A DNA stretch of 62,637 bases, counting the filler, from Nitrospirota bacterium (GTDB lineage Bacteria; UBA2233): the NCBI GenBank assembly GCA_011620345.1. It is 12 parts of 12 records of this genome, joined end to end, with 100 filler letters (N's around TTAATTAATTAA, not from the genome) between each part and the next. Parts side by side here need not be neighbours in the genome. Positions count along the whole stretch, not along the records: positions 36,546 to 51,269 come from WOZJ01000067.1; positions 51,370 to 54,390 come from WOZJ01000068.1; 10 more parts are not named here. One strand, given 5' to 3'. The notes beneath the pieces were generated by a model that had not been told where the DNA came from, searched no databases, and saw nothing but the letters and a program-made list of their open reading frames with translations. How positions within the stretch are numbered: the stretch's first letter is position 1; every line of letters begins with the position of its first letter. Positions 39,767-53,245 of this stretch are shown in pieces. Made by a program: the position numbers and the translations under genes.

Positions 39767-40918
39767 GTGAAACTTGGAGTTCTCAAGGAAACCTGCGAGG
39801 GCGAAAGGCGCGTTTCCCTCGTGCCCGAGCTCGTCTCTTCCTACGCGAAGCTCGGAGTCGAAGTCTTGTTCGAGCCCGGCGCGGGGGAAGACGCAAACTT
39901 CGGCGACGAGGCCTACCTTGGAAAAGGAGCAAAGTCTACATCCAAGAATCAACTTCTTCACGATTCCGACATCTTACTTTGTGTGCGCGCCCTTGGCGCC
40001 AACCCGAAGAGTTACCGGGACGACCTGGAAAAAATGCACCCCGGGCAGCTCTTGGTAGGCTTTTTGGACCCACTAGATGCTCCCTCGGCCATCCAAGATG
40101 CGGCCAAAAAAGGCATCACGGCATTTGCCATCGAACTACTGCCCAGGATAACGCGTGCCCAGAGTATGGACGCGCTTTCTTCGATGGCCACTATCACGGG
40201 CTATAAGGCGGCCGTCATCGCTGCCGAGGTCCTGCCCAAGATCTTTCCAATGCTGATGACGGCCGCCGGCACGCTCTTACCGGCCAGAGTGTTCGTGATC
40301 GGTGCCGGGGTGGCCGGACTCATGGCCATCGCAACGGCCAAACGACTAGGCGCCAAGGTTCGAGCCTACGACGTCCGGCCGTCCGTCAAGGAGCAGATCC
40401 AGAGTTTGGGAGCAAGCTTTGTCGAGCTAGGCCTCGAGCAAAAAATGGCCGAGGACAAATCTGGGTACGCCAGGGCGATGGACGAGTCTTTTTACCAAAA
40501 ACAGCGGGAGCTTTTAGGCGAGGTTCTTTCGGAATCAGACGTGGTTATCTCTACCGCGCTTGTTCCCGGCAAACTCGCGCCCGTCTTGATTACGGAGGCA
40601 ATGGTCCAGGCCATGCCCAAAGGTTCTGTCATCGTGGACGTCGCCGCAGAACGGGGTGGAAACTGCGAATTGACCAAACCCGGCAGCGTGGCCGTAAAGC
40701 ACGGCGTGACGATTTTAGGGCCTACAAACCTTCCTTCCAGCGTGCCGCAGCATGCCAGTACGATGTTTGCCAGGAATATGTTCAACTTTCTCAAGCCGAT
40801 ATTCATCGAAGGCAGGCTCGAGATCGACCTTGAGGACCAGGTCTTGCGAGAGTCACTCGTCGCCAAGGACGGCAATGTCGTTCACCCAAGGGTTATTGAT
40901 CTGCTTCGAGGGGGATAG
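39767..40918 (+). CDS. pntA: NAD(P) transhydrogenase alpha subunit part 1
   Basis: GERRV, RITRAQSMDALSS, GAGVAGL, GGNCE. GTG start after an SD. Confidence 0.94.
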   Translation: MKLGVLKETCEGERRVSLVPELVSSYAKLGVEVLFEPGAGEDANFGDEAYLGKGAKSTSKNQLLHDSDILLCVRALGANPKSYRDDLEKMHPGQLLVGFLDPLDAPSAIQDAAKKGITAFAIELLPRITRAQSMDALSSMATITGYKAAVIAAEVLPKIFPMLMTAAGTLLPARVFVIGAGVAGLMAIATAKRLGAKVRAYDVRPSVKEQIQSLGASFVELGLEQKMAEDKSGYARAMDESFYQKQRELLGEVLSESDVVISTALVPGKLAPVLITEAMVQAMPKGSVIVDVAAERGGNCELTKPGSVAVKHGVTILGPTNLPSSVPQHASTMFARNMFNFLKPIFIEGRLEIDLEDQVLRESLVAKDGNVVHPRVIDLLRGG

Positions 40919-40923
40919 AAAGC

Positions 40924-41211
40924 ATGGACGTATTCATCGGGCTGCTGACCGTGTTTGTCCTCGCCATGTTCGTTGGGTTCGAGGTGATCACCAAGATCCC
41001 TCCCATCTTGCACACGCCTTTGATGTCCGGCTCGAACGCAATCTCCGGCATTACGATCATCGGGGCTATCCTCTCGGCGGGCACAAAGCTTACCATGCTA
41101 ACCACAGTGCTTAGCCTCCTTGCCGTCATGCTCGCCATGGCGAACGTCGTGGGCGGGTTTTTGATCACCCACAGGATGCTTCGCATGTTCCGGACGAAGG
41201 GGCGCGCATGA
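40924..41211 (+). CDS. pntA: NAD(P) transhydrogenase alpha subunit part 2
   Basis: LHTPLMSGSNAISG; GGFLIT.RML.MF. Confidence 0.94.
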   Translation: MDVFIGLLTVFVLAMFVGFEVITKIPPILHTPLMSGSNAISGITIIGAILSAGTKLTMLTTVLSLLAVMLAMANVVGGFLITHRMLRMFRTKGRA

Positions 41212-42605
41212 ACCCAGCCGTGATCCAGCTTGCCTACCTCTTCTCTTGCGTCCTGTTCATCGCAGGGTTCATGCAGCTTTCACGCCCCAAGACCGCTAAG
41301 CGGGGGAATCTTTTGGGGGCATCCGGGATGCTCTTGGCCATCGTGGTCACGCTGCTCGATAAGCAGATCGTGAGCTTCGAGATTATCTTTGTAGGGCTTT
41401 TGGTGGGTACGGCGCTTGGCATATTCATGGCGCTTACCACCCCCATGACGGCCATGCCGCAGATGGTCGGGCTGTTGAACGGGTTCGGCGGCGCGGCCTC
41501 CGCCCTTGTTACGGGAGCCGTACTGATCGAAATGCTGAGCCTTGGTAACCCTTTGACGCTGCAGTTTCGGATCGCCACGGCAGCCTCCAGCCTCATCGGT
41601 ACCCTCACGCTCTTTGGCAGCCTCGTCGCGGCGGGAAAGCTCCAGGGCTTCATCGAAGAGCGCCCGATCCGATACAAAGGAGAGCAAGGTATCAAGCTGC
41701 TTGTTTTGTTCGTGTGTCTTTTCTTGGGTTCCATGCTTACCGCCCGGCCTGATACGCTCTGGACCTACTGGGCGCTACTTGGCGTCTCCGCGCTGCTCGG
41801 GGTTCTCCTCACCGCCCCTATAGGCGGTGCGGACATGCCCGTCGTCATCTGCTTGATGAACTCCTACTCTGGGCTTGCCGGAGCGGCCACAGGGTTCGTC
41901 TTGAGCAACACCGCACTCATCATCGCAGGCTCGCTGGTCGGTGCCTCGGGCATCATCCTCACCCAAATCATGTGCAAGGCGATGAACCGCTCACTCGCAA
42001 ACGTCCTACTTGGAGGGTTTGGCGAGCTCAAAGAGGATACGTCTCTAGCGGGCACCATCTACGCGGGCAGAGTTAAGTCGGCAGACCCAGAAGAGGTGGC
42101 CATGCTGCTCGAGGCGGCTTCGAGAGTCGTGCTGGTCCCTGGATACGGGCTTGCCGTCGCTCAGGCGCAGTATGCCGTCCGCGATTTGTACAACTACCTG
42201 ACATCGCTCGGGATCGAGGTTGATTTTGCTATCCACCCCGTTGCAGGAAGGATGCCGGGCCACATGAGCGTCCTTCTGGCCGAGGTGGACATCCCCTACG
42301 AAAAGCTCAAGGAAATAGGCGAGATCAACCCAGAGTTCGAGCAGGTTGACGTCGCGATTGTCGTCGGAGCCAACGACGTCGTTAACCCACTGGCCAACAC
42401 CGATCCAAACAGCCCGATCGCTGGTATGCCGATCCTTGAAGTCTACAAGGCAAAGACCGTCGTGGTGATCAAACGCAGCCTCTCGCCAGGGTTTGCCGGT
42501 GTCCCAAACCCTTTGTTTGCCTACGACAACACGCTAATGCTGTTTGCCGACGCCAAGCAAGCCCTTCAAGCCGTTCTTGCCTCCCTTAAGGAACTTAAAG
42601 CGTAA
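41208..42605 (+). CDS. pntB: NAD(P) transhydrogenase beta subunit
   Basis: IGGADMP, AMNRS, HPVAGRMPGHM, GANDVVNP. Confidence 0.96.
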   Translation: MNPAVIQLAYLFSCVLFIAGFMQLSRPKTAKRGNLLGASGMLLAIVVTLLDKQIVSFEIIFVGLLVGTALGIFMALTTPMTAMPQMVGLLNGFGGAASALVTGAVLIEMLSLGNPLTLQFRIATAASSLIGTLTLFGSLVAAGKLQGFIEERPIRYKGEQGIKLLVLFVCLFLGSMLTARPDTLWTYWALLGVSALLGVLLTAPIGGADMPVVICLMNSYSGLAGAATGFVLSNTALIIAGSLVGASGIILTQIMCKAMNRSLANVLLGGFGELKEDTSLAGTIYAGRVKSADPEEVAMLLEAASRVVLVPGYGLAVAQAQYAVRDLYNYLTSLGIEVDFAIHPVAGRMPGHMSVLLAEVDIPYEKLKEIGEINPEFEQVDVAIVVGANDVVNPLANTDPNSPIAGMPILEVYKAKTVVVIKRSLSPGFAGVPNPLFAYDNTLMLFADAKQALQAVLASLKELKA

Positions 42606-42618
42606 AAGCTAGCCAACT

Positions 42619-43917
42619 ATGCAAACAAGCGTCCCGCTCGCCGAGCGTATCCGGCCGATGGAGCTTGGAGCGTTCGTCGGCCAGAGACATCTATTGTTCC
42701 AAGGACACCCCTTAAGGGAGGCGCTCGAGCGGCAAAAGCCCTTTTCTATGCTCCTTGTCGGCCCACCTGGGTCGGGCAAAACGAGCCTTTTTGTCCTCAT
42801 GGCCGGCCGCTTCCCTGGGGCTATTCTGACCAAAGGCCAAGACATTACGGCCGCATGGGTTCGAAGCCTCAAAGAAAAGGGCTCCCCGGTTGTCCTGCTC
42901 GTCGACGAGGCGCACAGGCTTAGCCGGATCGAGCAGGACAGGCTTCTGCCTATGATCGAGAAAGGAGAAGCCGTCTTTATCGGGGCAACGACAGAAAACC
43001 CGAACTTCTACCTAGGCAGGGCGATTCTTTCGAGGCTTAGCGTCTTCCGGTTCGAGGCGCTAAAGCCCGAAGAGATCGTTGCCATACTCAAGCGGGGAGT
43101 CCTATCCCTCCAAGACGGCGAAAAACCAGCCGTAACCCCCTTTCCAAGGGCATGGCTCGAAGAGATAGCTCGGGCTGCGAACGGAGATGCAAGGGTTGCA
43201 CTGGGAATGCTCGAGAGGGTGTACGCCCAGTTTCTTGCCAAGGGGTCGCTTCCAGAACCAGGCCAGGGGCGCCTTATGGAACTTGCAGGCCAAGCCCCGC
43301 TGTCCTACGACAGGGCGGGCGATGAGCACTACGACGAAATTAGCGCCTTCATCAAGAGCATGCGCGGCTCCGACCCGGATGCAGCGCTCTACTGGCTCGT
43401 TAGGATGATTGAAGGTGGAGAAGACCCGCTGTTCCTCGTAAGGCGCATGCTGATCCTGGCGGCCGAGGACATCGGCAACGCCGACCCGAACGCATTGGTT
43501 CTAGCCTCGGCCTTAAAGCAAACAATCGAGCTCGTCGGCCTTCCCGAAGGGCTGATCCCGATGGCACAGGTATGCATCTACCTATCGCTCGCCCCCAAAT
43601 CCAACGCGGCCTACACCGCGCTAAACCAGGCCAAACGCGCGCTTAAAACGCTTGGCGCGAGGCCCGTCCCAGATTTCCTCAGGAACCCCGTGAGCGCGCT
43701 CGACAGAAAGCTCGGAAAAGGCGTGGGCTATATTTACCCGCACGACGATCCCGAGAGGATCGGAAATGCAAGCTTTCTCCCTAAAGGGATGGAGAGCCTC
43801 TCTTTCTATCATCCAGGCGATTTGGGCTTCGAGAAGGTCCTTAAAGACAGGCTCGAAGCCCTCAAGGCGAAGAAACGCCACACGAAGTCGGCGAAGCAAA
43901 GGCCAGAAAGTTCATAA
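42619..43917 (+). CDS. rarA: Replication-associated recombination protein A
   Basis: PLAERIRP, GPPGSGKT, GATTENP, SAFIKSMRGSDPDAALYW, YIYPHD. Confidence 0.93.
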   Translation: MQTSVPLAERIRPMELGAFVGQRHLLFQGHPLREALERQKPFSMLLVGPPGSGKTSLFVLMAGRFPGAILTKGQDITAAWVRSLKEKGSPVVLLVDEAHRLSRIEQDRLLPMIEKGEAVFIGATTENPNFYLGRAILSRLSVFRFEALKPEEIVAILKRGVLSLQDGEKPAVTPFPRAWLEEIARAANGDARVALGMLERVYAQFLAKGSLPEPGQGRLMELAGQAPLSYDRAGDEHYDEISAFIKSMRGSDPDAALYWLVRMIEGGEDPLFLVRRMLILAAEDIGNADPNALVLASALKQTIELVGLPEGLIPMAQVCIYLSLAPKSNAAYTALNQAKRALKTLGARPVPDFLRNPVSALDRKLGKGVGYIYPHDDPERIGNASFLPKGMESLSFYHPGDLGFEKVLKDRLEALKAKKRHTKSAKQRPESS

Positions 43918-43938
43918 CGAGGCTCGGTACGGCGGCGT

Positions 43939-46278
<2,340 letters not shown>

Positions 46279-46282
<4 letters not shown>

Positions 46283-47874
46283 TTGAAGCGGACAACCTTG
46301 GCCCGGATGATGTCAGGCATCTGCCGGATCCTTTCCAGCAAATGAGCTGGAATATCGTTGTCGACGTGGTAGAGCGCGTATGCCCGGCCGCCGCTTTCCT
46401 CCCTTCCCAGCATAAGGCCTGCGATGTTAATACCTTCCTTCCCGAGCTCCGACCCGATTCTACCGACAACGCCCGGCACGTCGCGGTTTTCTAGGAATAG
46501 GATGAACCCGGCCGGGGAAAATTCCAGCTGAAACTCTCCCATGCGCACAACCCGGGGGTTGTTTTTGCCGAACACGGTCCCCTCGGCGCGGAATTCCCGG
46601 GAACCGTCCCGGACATTCACGGCGATCAGGCTCGTGTATTCCGTACTCTGCGAGTTGCTCGCTTCAACGACCTCTATGCCGCGTTCTTTGGCGAGGTAAG
46701 GCGCGCTCACCTCGTTGACCTTCTCGCCAAGCATGAACCCAAGGAACGTCTTAAGGAACGCGGAAGTTAGGATGGCTACGGGCATGGAGGCAAGCTCGCC
46801 CCTATATTCGAGCCTAACGCTTTGGACAGGCCCTTCCCACAATTGGCCCATGAGCTCGCCAAGCTTGACGGAAAGCCCCTGAAAAGGTTCGATGCGCAGG
46901 GCGACCTCCGGAGGAACGGCGGGGAAGTTCACGGCGTTGCGCAAAATCCCCTTCTCGAGGTAATCGGCGATCTGCTGGGCGATCCCCAACGCAACGTTAC
47001 GCTGGGCCTCCTTCGTCGCAGCCCCGATGTGGGGGGTCATGACCACGTTTTCCATCGACCGGAAAGGGTGCTCCTTAGGCAGTGGCTCTTGCTCGAACAC
47101 ATCCATTCCGGCTCCGGCGACGATCCCCTCTTCAAGCGCCCATAGAAGGTCCTTTTCGACGACGATCCCGCCGCGGGCCGCGTTGATCAGAAGGACCCCG
47201 CGCTTCATGCGTTCAAAAGCGCTCCTGGCGATGAGCCCGCGCGTTGCATCCGTCATGGGCGTATGAATCGTGATCACATCGGACCTGGAAAGAAGCGTGT
47301 CTAGGTCTACGAGCGTTGCCTTGTATGGTCTAGCTAGGTCTTGGGTAAGATAAGGGTCGAAGGCGATCACCTCCATCCCAAACCCGGAAGCCTTCGTGGC
47401 GACGATCTTTCCGATATTGCCCAACCCTACAATACCCAGCGTCTTTTGCTCGAGCTCGACGCCAAGAAAGCGGCCTTTGTCCCAAAGCCCGGAATGCATA
47501 GACATGTTGGCCTGAGGGATGTTCTTGGCCAGGGCAAGAAGGAGAGCGAGCGCATGCTCTGCAGTCGTGGTCGTGTTCTCGGAAGGGGTATTCATCACAA
47601 GGATGCCCCGCCTCGTAGCTTCGGCCATGTCGATGTTGTCTACTCCAATCCCTGCCCTTCCGATCAGCTTGAGCCTGGGCGCGTGTTCGAGAAGATCTTT
47701 GTCTACTTTCGTGGCGCTTCTTACGACGAGCGCGTCCACGTTGGCGATTTTCTCCTTAAGCTCCTCCCGAGAGAGCTTCTTGATCGCCTCGGTACAGAGC
47801 ACATCCGAGCCCTTAAGGATCTCGATTCCGCTCTCTTCAAGCCCGTCCAAAACAAGAACGTTCCATGTTGGCAT
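46279..47874 (-). CDS. serA: D-3-phosphoglycerate dehydrogenase
   Basis: VRSATKV, RAGIGVDNID, NAARGG, TPHIGA; ASB/ACT tail. Confidence 0.95.
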
Positions 47875-47908
47875 GCTGGCCACCTTGTTCGTATGTTTAT
47901 TTCCCTAC

Positions 47909-49075
47909 CTACGCCTCTTTCAGGAAGCCTGCCTCAAGAAAGGCCTGCTCTGCAATCCCTACGGCCTTTCCGGGCTCAATGCGCACACCGAAACGTGCAA
48001 GGCCAATCTCCAGGGCTGCAATGGCAAGGAGCGTATCCAGCTCTGAGAGGTAGCCTATGTGGGCCATTCGTACGACCTTGCCCTTGAACTTGTCCTGCCC
48101 TCCGGCAAACGTAATGCCCGCTTGGTCCCTAAGCGCCTTTACGAGTTTTTCGCCTGGCACGCCCTCAGGGAGAAGCACCCCTGTAAGCGCAGGGCTCGGC
48201 GCATCTTTGGCGAGCAACTCCAGACCAACCCCTTCAAAAGCAAGCCTTGTGGCCTTCGAAAGAAGGGCCGTGTGGGTAAACAGCGCTTCAAGCCCTTTTT
48301 GGCGGATATGCTCGAGAGCCACCCTAAGGCCGATAACGAGCGAGACGGCCGGCGTATAAGCGCTAGTATGGTCTTTCAGCGCCTTTCTTTCTTTGGCCAG
48401 GTTAAAATAGTAGCGGGGAAGGTCGGACCGCTTGTTCCTCGCCCACGCCTTTTCTGAAAGTGCGATAAAGGCAAGGCCCGGCGGAATCATGAATGCCTTC
48501 TGGGAGCCGGACAAAAGAACGTCGAGCTTGAGCGTATCGAAGGGAATGTCGAACACGCCCACGCCCGTGATGCCGTCGACTATCAGCAGCGTGTCCTCCT
48601 TTGGGGAGACGATTTTGGCCAGCTCCTCGATCGGGTGGCGGGCTGCGGTCGATGTTTCCGTCGCCTGAACGAGCACTCCTTTGATGTCCGGCTCAGCCCT
48701 AAGCGCCTCTTCGACCTGGCCGGGGTCTACAGCCTTCCCCCACTCGACGTCGATACAAACAACCTCCAGGCCATAGGCCTTGGCGATGTCCCTCCATCTT
48801 TCGCCGAACTTTCCACCGACAACGGCTAGAACTTTCTCCCCTTTGGCAAAAAGGTTGCTGATGGAGGCTTCCATCGCGCCCGTCCCCGAGCTTGACAGAA
48901 TAAGGACGTCCTCTTTGGTTTGGAACAGGAATTTTAGCCCCTCTGCCGCTTCCTCAAAGATCTTGCTGAACTCCGGCGTCCTGTGGTGTACAAGGCTTTT
49001 TGCCATGGCAAGCATGGCGTCGTCCATCGTCTGCGTCGGCCCGGGGGAGAACAGGTAGTTCTTCTTGATAAACAT
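47909..49075 (-). CDS. Class V PLP aminotransferase (probably the phosphoserine aminotransferase here)
   Basis: PGPT, HHRT, SGTGAME, GSQKAFM.PPG; directly upstream of serA. Confidence 0.88.
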   Translation of the reverse strand: MFIKKNYLFSPGPTQTMDDAMLAMAKSLVHHRTPEFSKIFEEAAEGLKFLFQTKEDVLILSSSGTGAMEASISNLFAKGEKVLAVVGGKFGERWRDIAKAYGLEVVCIDVEWGKAVDPGQVEEALRAEPDIKGVLVQATETSTAARHPIEELAKIVSPKEDTLLIVDGITGVGVFDIPFDTLKLDVLLSGSQKAFMIPPGLAFIALSEKAWARNKRSDLPRYYFNLAKERKALKDHTSAYTPAVSLVIGLRVALEHIRQKGLEALFTHTALLSKATRLAFEGVGLELLAKDAPSPALTGVLLPEGVPGEKLVKALRDQAGITFAGGQDKFKGKVVRMAHIGYLSELDTLLAIAALEIGLARFGVRIEPGKAVGIAEQAFLEAGFLKEA

Positions 49076-49108
49076 GCACACGTCTCCTTTTTTGGGAGTT
49101 TTCTGGTT

Positions 49109-50605
49109 TTAGAAGCGCGTAGAAGAGGAAGCTGGAATGGCCCGATCATGCGCCCATTTCTTGATTGCCTTGATCTGCTCGAACATGGTAACGGAAAGCG
49201 GCACGAAGGAGCCGATCGAACGGTATATGTCGGCCTCGGAAACCTCCCTCGCCTCCGCAAGCCCCTCGATAAGGGCCTGTTTGACCACCTGCTCGATCTC
49301 CGCCCCACTGAACCCCTTTCCCGCCTCGGCAAGGTTCTCCGCATCAAATCCTGATGGGTTTATGCCAAACCGCTCGAGCTGGATGCGGAAAATCTCCTTT
49401 CGTTCTGCAAAATCCGGGAGATCGAGGAAAAAGACGTCATCAAACCGGCCCCGCCTCAGGATTTCCGCTGGCAACATCATGATCCGGTTTGCCGTTGCCA
49501 CGACGAAAATCCGGGAGCGTCTTTCCTGCATCCACGTAAGAAAGCTCGCCGAAATACGAGATGAGGAAGACCCGCCCGCGTCAATCCCCGAGACGAACCC
49601 TTTTTCAATCTCATCCACCCATAGGACGCAGGGTTCGAGGTTCTCCAGCTCATCGATCGTCCTAAGAAACACCGTATCCGGGCTATCCTGACCGCTTTGT
49701 GCAAACAACGCCGACAACTCGAGCCTCAAGAGCGGAAGCTCGAAGATTTTTGCTGCAACCTTGGCGCAAAGACTCTTTCCCGTCCCTGCGATGCCCATGA
49801 GCAAAACCCCCTTTGGGACAAGAAGCTCCCCCGCCGCTTCGGAAGGATGAAAAAACAAGGGCTTTCTTTTCACGAGCCAGTCTTTAAAGCGGTCCAAACC
49901 GCCGACTTTCGAGAGGTCAACGTCCGGTTCGACATAACTGAGCGCACCCGACCTTTTGAACGCCCGAACTTTTTCTCTGGCCAACGTCTGGAGAAACGCC
50001 GCCTTTGTCTTCCCCGTTGAGAGCGCCAGCCGAAAGGCCAAAAGCGCCTCATGCTCCAATAGGCCTTTCAATACCAAGCAGGCCTGCCCTTTCACGTCTT
50101 CATCGAGCACTGCCATCAAAGGGTTGGCCGTATTCTCGCCCTTTAGGGCGTCTTCAAGAAGGCACAAAAGGTCTTGCACCCCGGGCGAGGGAAGAAGCGT
50201 CGGAACGGCAAACCGCTCCAACTCTCTGGGCGGATGCTCGAGATCAGAGACGACAACGAGCGCTTTTTTCTTGGAGAGCAACTCCGGGTATGCGGTTCGA
50301 ACGCGCAGGGCCCAGCCAAGAAGGTCTTTCCTGTCCGGCCCAAGTACAACCAACACTCTGGCCTCGGGATGCTCAAGAAACCCCTCGAGCGCCTCCTCAA
50401 ACCCGGACACGGAACCACAATCTTGTTGGGCACGTCTAAGCGTCCCGCCCAACGGCTCGTAGGTCCAGAAAGCGAAACTTGAACCGATGAGCCGCATGGC
50501 CCTCTGTTCTTCCAGCGTAAAGACCCACACTAACGGGTAGCCAGCCCCGAGAAGCTCCCCGAGCTTCTTAATAAATTCCTCACCGCCTTGAGCTAAGATT
50601 CCCAC
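49109..50605 (-). CDS. Ycf46-like AAA+ ATPase
   Basis: VGGLD.FK.W, GIAGTGKS, LWVDEIEK, RRGRFD, GFSGAEIEQ. Confidence 0.85.
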   Translation of the reverse strand: MGILAQGGEEFIKKLGELLGAGYPLVWVFTLEEQRAMRLIGSSFAFWTYEPLGGTLRRAQQDCGSVSGFEEALEGFLEHPEARVLVVLGPDRKDLLGWALRVRTAYPELLSKKKALVVVSDLEHPPRELERFAVPTLLPSPGVQDLLCLLEDALKGENTANPLMAVLDEDVKGQACLVLKGLLEHEALLAFRLALSTGKTKAAFLQTLAREKVRAFKRSGALSYVEPDVDLSKVGGLDRFKDWLVKRKPLFFHPSEAAGELLVPKGVLLMGIAGTGKSLCAKVAAKIFELPLLRLELSALFAQSGQDSPDTVFLRTIDELENLEPCVLWVDEIEKGFVSGIDAGGSSSSRISASFLTWMQERRSRIFVVATANRIMMLPAEILRRGRFDDVFFLDLPDFAERKEIFRIQLERFGINPSGFDAENLAEAGKGFSGAEIEQVVKQALIEGLAEAREVSEADIYRSIGSFVPLSVTMFEQIKAIKKWAHDRAIPASSSTRF

Positions 50606-50731
50606 GGTTCCCTCTATTTATCCTAACACGCCCGCTTCGCCGTATAGGCAAAAAACCGGCACATGGACTGCGAAGATGCCGTCTTTCATGATACGATAAA
50701 CGCCAGGTTGTTCATTTTGGATCGAAAAGCT

Positions 50732-51269
50732 ATGGCCTATGCCTTCCTTCGAAGTGTTCGGTCTAGGCTGCTGATGGCACTCTTGCTGACCGCGGTAATC
50801 CCTCTTTTGTTGCTGAGCATCCTTTTTTACGCCGGCTTCAAAGAAGAGATGCAAGCCGTCCAAACCGACACCCGCAGGCAGGTTTGGGATAGCTTGACCG
50901 AACGCGCCCATGAAAGCGTTGGATCCGCCCAACGGCTCGCACAGACAAAGCTCCTTTATTGGCGGGAACGGCTGGAAGCGATCGCATCGCTCGCAAGCAC
51001 CATCTGCCTCCACCCGGAAAACTACAAAAGAGGGCCTCTCTTGTGGAGCCCCCTTGGCTTTTTCTTCTCTAGTATGGAGGGCAAAGCCAACGTCGGCCTC
51101 ATTTACTCCCCATCCTCCAAGAACATCCTTTCTCTCTCCCACTTCTCTAGATTCTCCTACGTTGCCCCCCTTTTGGCAAGCGTTTATGAAGGCGGAGATA
51201 TTCAAAACGTCTGGATCGTGCTAAAAAACCGGGCATACATCATCTACCCCGGGGTAAACCACGAGCGGC
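50732..51269 (+). CDS. Membrane sensor N-terminus (TM plus probable extracellular domain), 3' truncated
   Basis: SVRSRL + TM (VIPLLLL) as in sensor kinases/chemoreceptors; IIYP. Confidence 0.5.
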
Positions 51270-51468
51270 NNNNNNNNNNNNNNNNNNNNNNNNNNNNNNN
51301 NNNNNNNNNNNNNTTAATTAATTAANNNNNNNNNNNNNNNNNNNNNNNNNNNNNNNNNNNNNNNNNNNNTCGCCCGTTTGTTTTCTTCTTGTTCTGCGCT
51401 ATGATAATTTGCGGTTGAACCATTCAATCTTCAATATTACTGATATATCCTATTCCAAAGGGGAACAA

Positions 51469-52977
51469 ATGAATATCGGCGCCGCCTTAAGGAAACAAGC
51501 AGCCACCCTCGGCCAGAAAACGGCCGTCACGGTAAACGACGCCTCTGTCAATTTTGCCACCTTGAATCGTCTGACCGATAGCCTTGCCTTGCAGTTGAAA
51601 GACTGCGGCATCGAGAAAGGCGATACCGTGGCCGTCATGCTGCCCAACTCCTTGGAGTTCGTCATAGCATACTTTGCCGTCTTAAGGCTTGGCGGCGTGT
51701 TCATGGGGCTTGACCCAAGGCAAACGCAAGAAGAACTCCGGGCAATCTTTATGGATGCCCATCCCAAGGCCTTGGTTGTAGACGACCGGACGAAAATGAA
51801 AAGCCTGGAAGAAGAGTTTGACGTTAATGTTCTCCCGCTAGCGGTGGGCTCGGCGTTCCTCTGGGCACTCAACGGTCATGCCTCCTTGCAGCTAGAAGAC
51901 GTGGAGACAAGCGAGGAAGACCCGGCCGTGTTGCTCTACACCTCGGCCAGCACGGGCAAACCAAAGGGGGTGTTGCTGCCTAGTAGGTCGCTCGATGTCT
52001 TTCCAGAGTTCTGCGAAGCGCTCTTTGGAAACCATCTTTCCTCCCATGTGTTTGGGGTGAGCATCCCCATGTGCCATATCGGCGGGCCGATCTATTGCAA
52101 CGCGCTGGCCGCACGCGGCGTTTCGCTCGTTATCGTAGAGCCCTTCCGTCCGGACCGCTTCCTTCTGGCCATTCAAAAGCACGGGGTTACAGGGTTTCAT
52201 TCCGTCCCGCCCATCCTCATGGCGCTCCTGCAGGCTCAGTTAAAGATGCGACTGGACCTAAAGAGCCTTTTTTGGATCGCGCCTATGGGGATGAGCGTGC
52301 CAGTTTCACTCATGGAAACCCTCGGTCAGGCCTTCCCGGGTGCCCACATCTTTCAGGGCTACGGGCTCACGGAAACGGCCGGGGGAATTGTTGGCGTGCC
52401 CCCTGAGGAGGCCGAGTTCAGAAAAAATTCGATGGGCAAAATCATGGTCCCTGACTGCACCATCGAAGCCCAAGGTCCGGAGGGAGAGCCGCTTTCGGCT
52501 GGTGAAGTAGGCGAGATCGCCGTTGCGGGCAAATGTTTGATGCTCGGCTATTTCAATCGGCCAGAGCTCAATGCCAAGGTCTTCCGGAATGGCTTTTTTC
52601 TTACGGGCGATTTGGGCTACCGGGACGAGGAGGGGTTTTTTTACCATTTGGGCCGTAAGGACGACGTCATCAACGTGGGCGGCGAAAAGGTATACCCCTC
52701 GGAGATCGAGCAGGCGCTCTATTTGAACCCTTCAGTGAAAGAGGCTTGCGTGTTGGGCGTAGACGACCCCAAAAAAGGGAAATCCATCAAGGCGTTCGTT
52801 TGTCCCGCCCCAGGCCAACCCCTCGAAAAAAGAGAGCTTATGAGCTTCTTAAAAGACAGGCTCGCCAGCTACAAGATCCCCCAAGAATTCGTCTTCTTGG
52901 ATGCCCTTCCCAAAACGCCCGTAGGCAAGGTAGCGAAGGATACACTGCGAAAATTCGTACTTGGCCAGACCCCTTAG
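51469..52977 (+). CDS. AMP-dependent acyl-CoA synthetase
   Basis: YTSASTGKPKG, QGYGLTE, TGDLG, GRKDD, LPKTPVGK. Confidence 0.92.
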   Translation: MNIGAALRKQAATLGQKTAVTVNDASVNFATLNRLTDSLALQLKDCGIEKGDTVAVMLPNSLEFVIAYFAVLRLGGVFMGLDPRQTQEELRAIFMDAHPKALVVDDRTKMKSLEEEFDVNVLPLAVGSAFLWALNGHASLQLEDVETSEEDPAVLLYTSASTGKPKGVLLPSRSLDVFPEFCEALFGNHLSSHVFGVSIPMCHIGGPIYCNALAARGVSLVIVEPFRPDRFLLAIQKHGVTGFHSVPPILMALLQAQLKMRLDLKSLFWIAPMGMSVPVSLMETLGQAFPGAHIFQGYGLTETAGGIVGVPPEEAEFRKNSMGKIMVPDCTIEAQGPEGEPLSAGEVGEIAVAGKCLMLGYFNRPELNAKVFRNGFFLTGDLGYRDEEGFFYHLGRKDDVINVGGEKVYPSEIEQALYLNPSVKEACVLGVDDPKKGKSIKAFVCPAPGQPLEKRELMSFLKDRLASYKIPQEFVFLDALPKTPVGKVAKDTLRKFVLGQTP

Positions 52978-53245
52978 CCGTCGGCCTGTCTTAAGGATAC
53001 AAGGGGTCAAGAAAGCGAGCCTTGCAACCTCCAGCAGGTCCTACCCTTACGATAGGGCACAACTTTTTTTGAATGTACCCTTCTTAAAGCCCCCAAAAGC
53101 CTTGTCAATCGGCCTTAAAAGAACCCTGCGTTTACAGGCTTGCATATGTCGCCTACGATGAAAACTCGGGGTACGTGCTAGGTTAACCTACGGGCATGTA
53201 CCGGAAAGCTCTCCAAGATATCGTGAACAAAGGGGAGGGGAAAAT

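Noticed and set aside
49109-50605. AAA ATPase as part of a phage or contractile injection system
   Set aside because: Neighbours are housekeeping genes and no structural genes are present.
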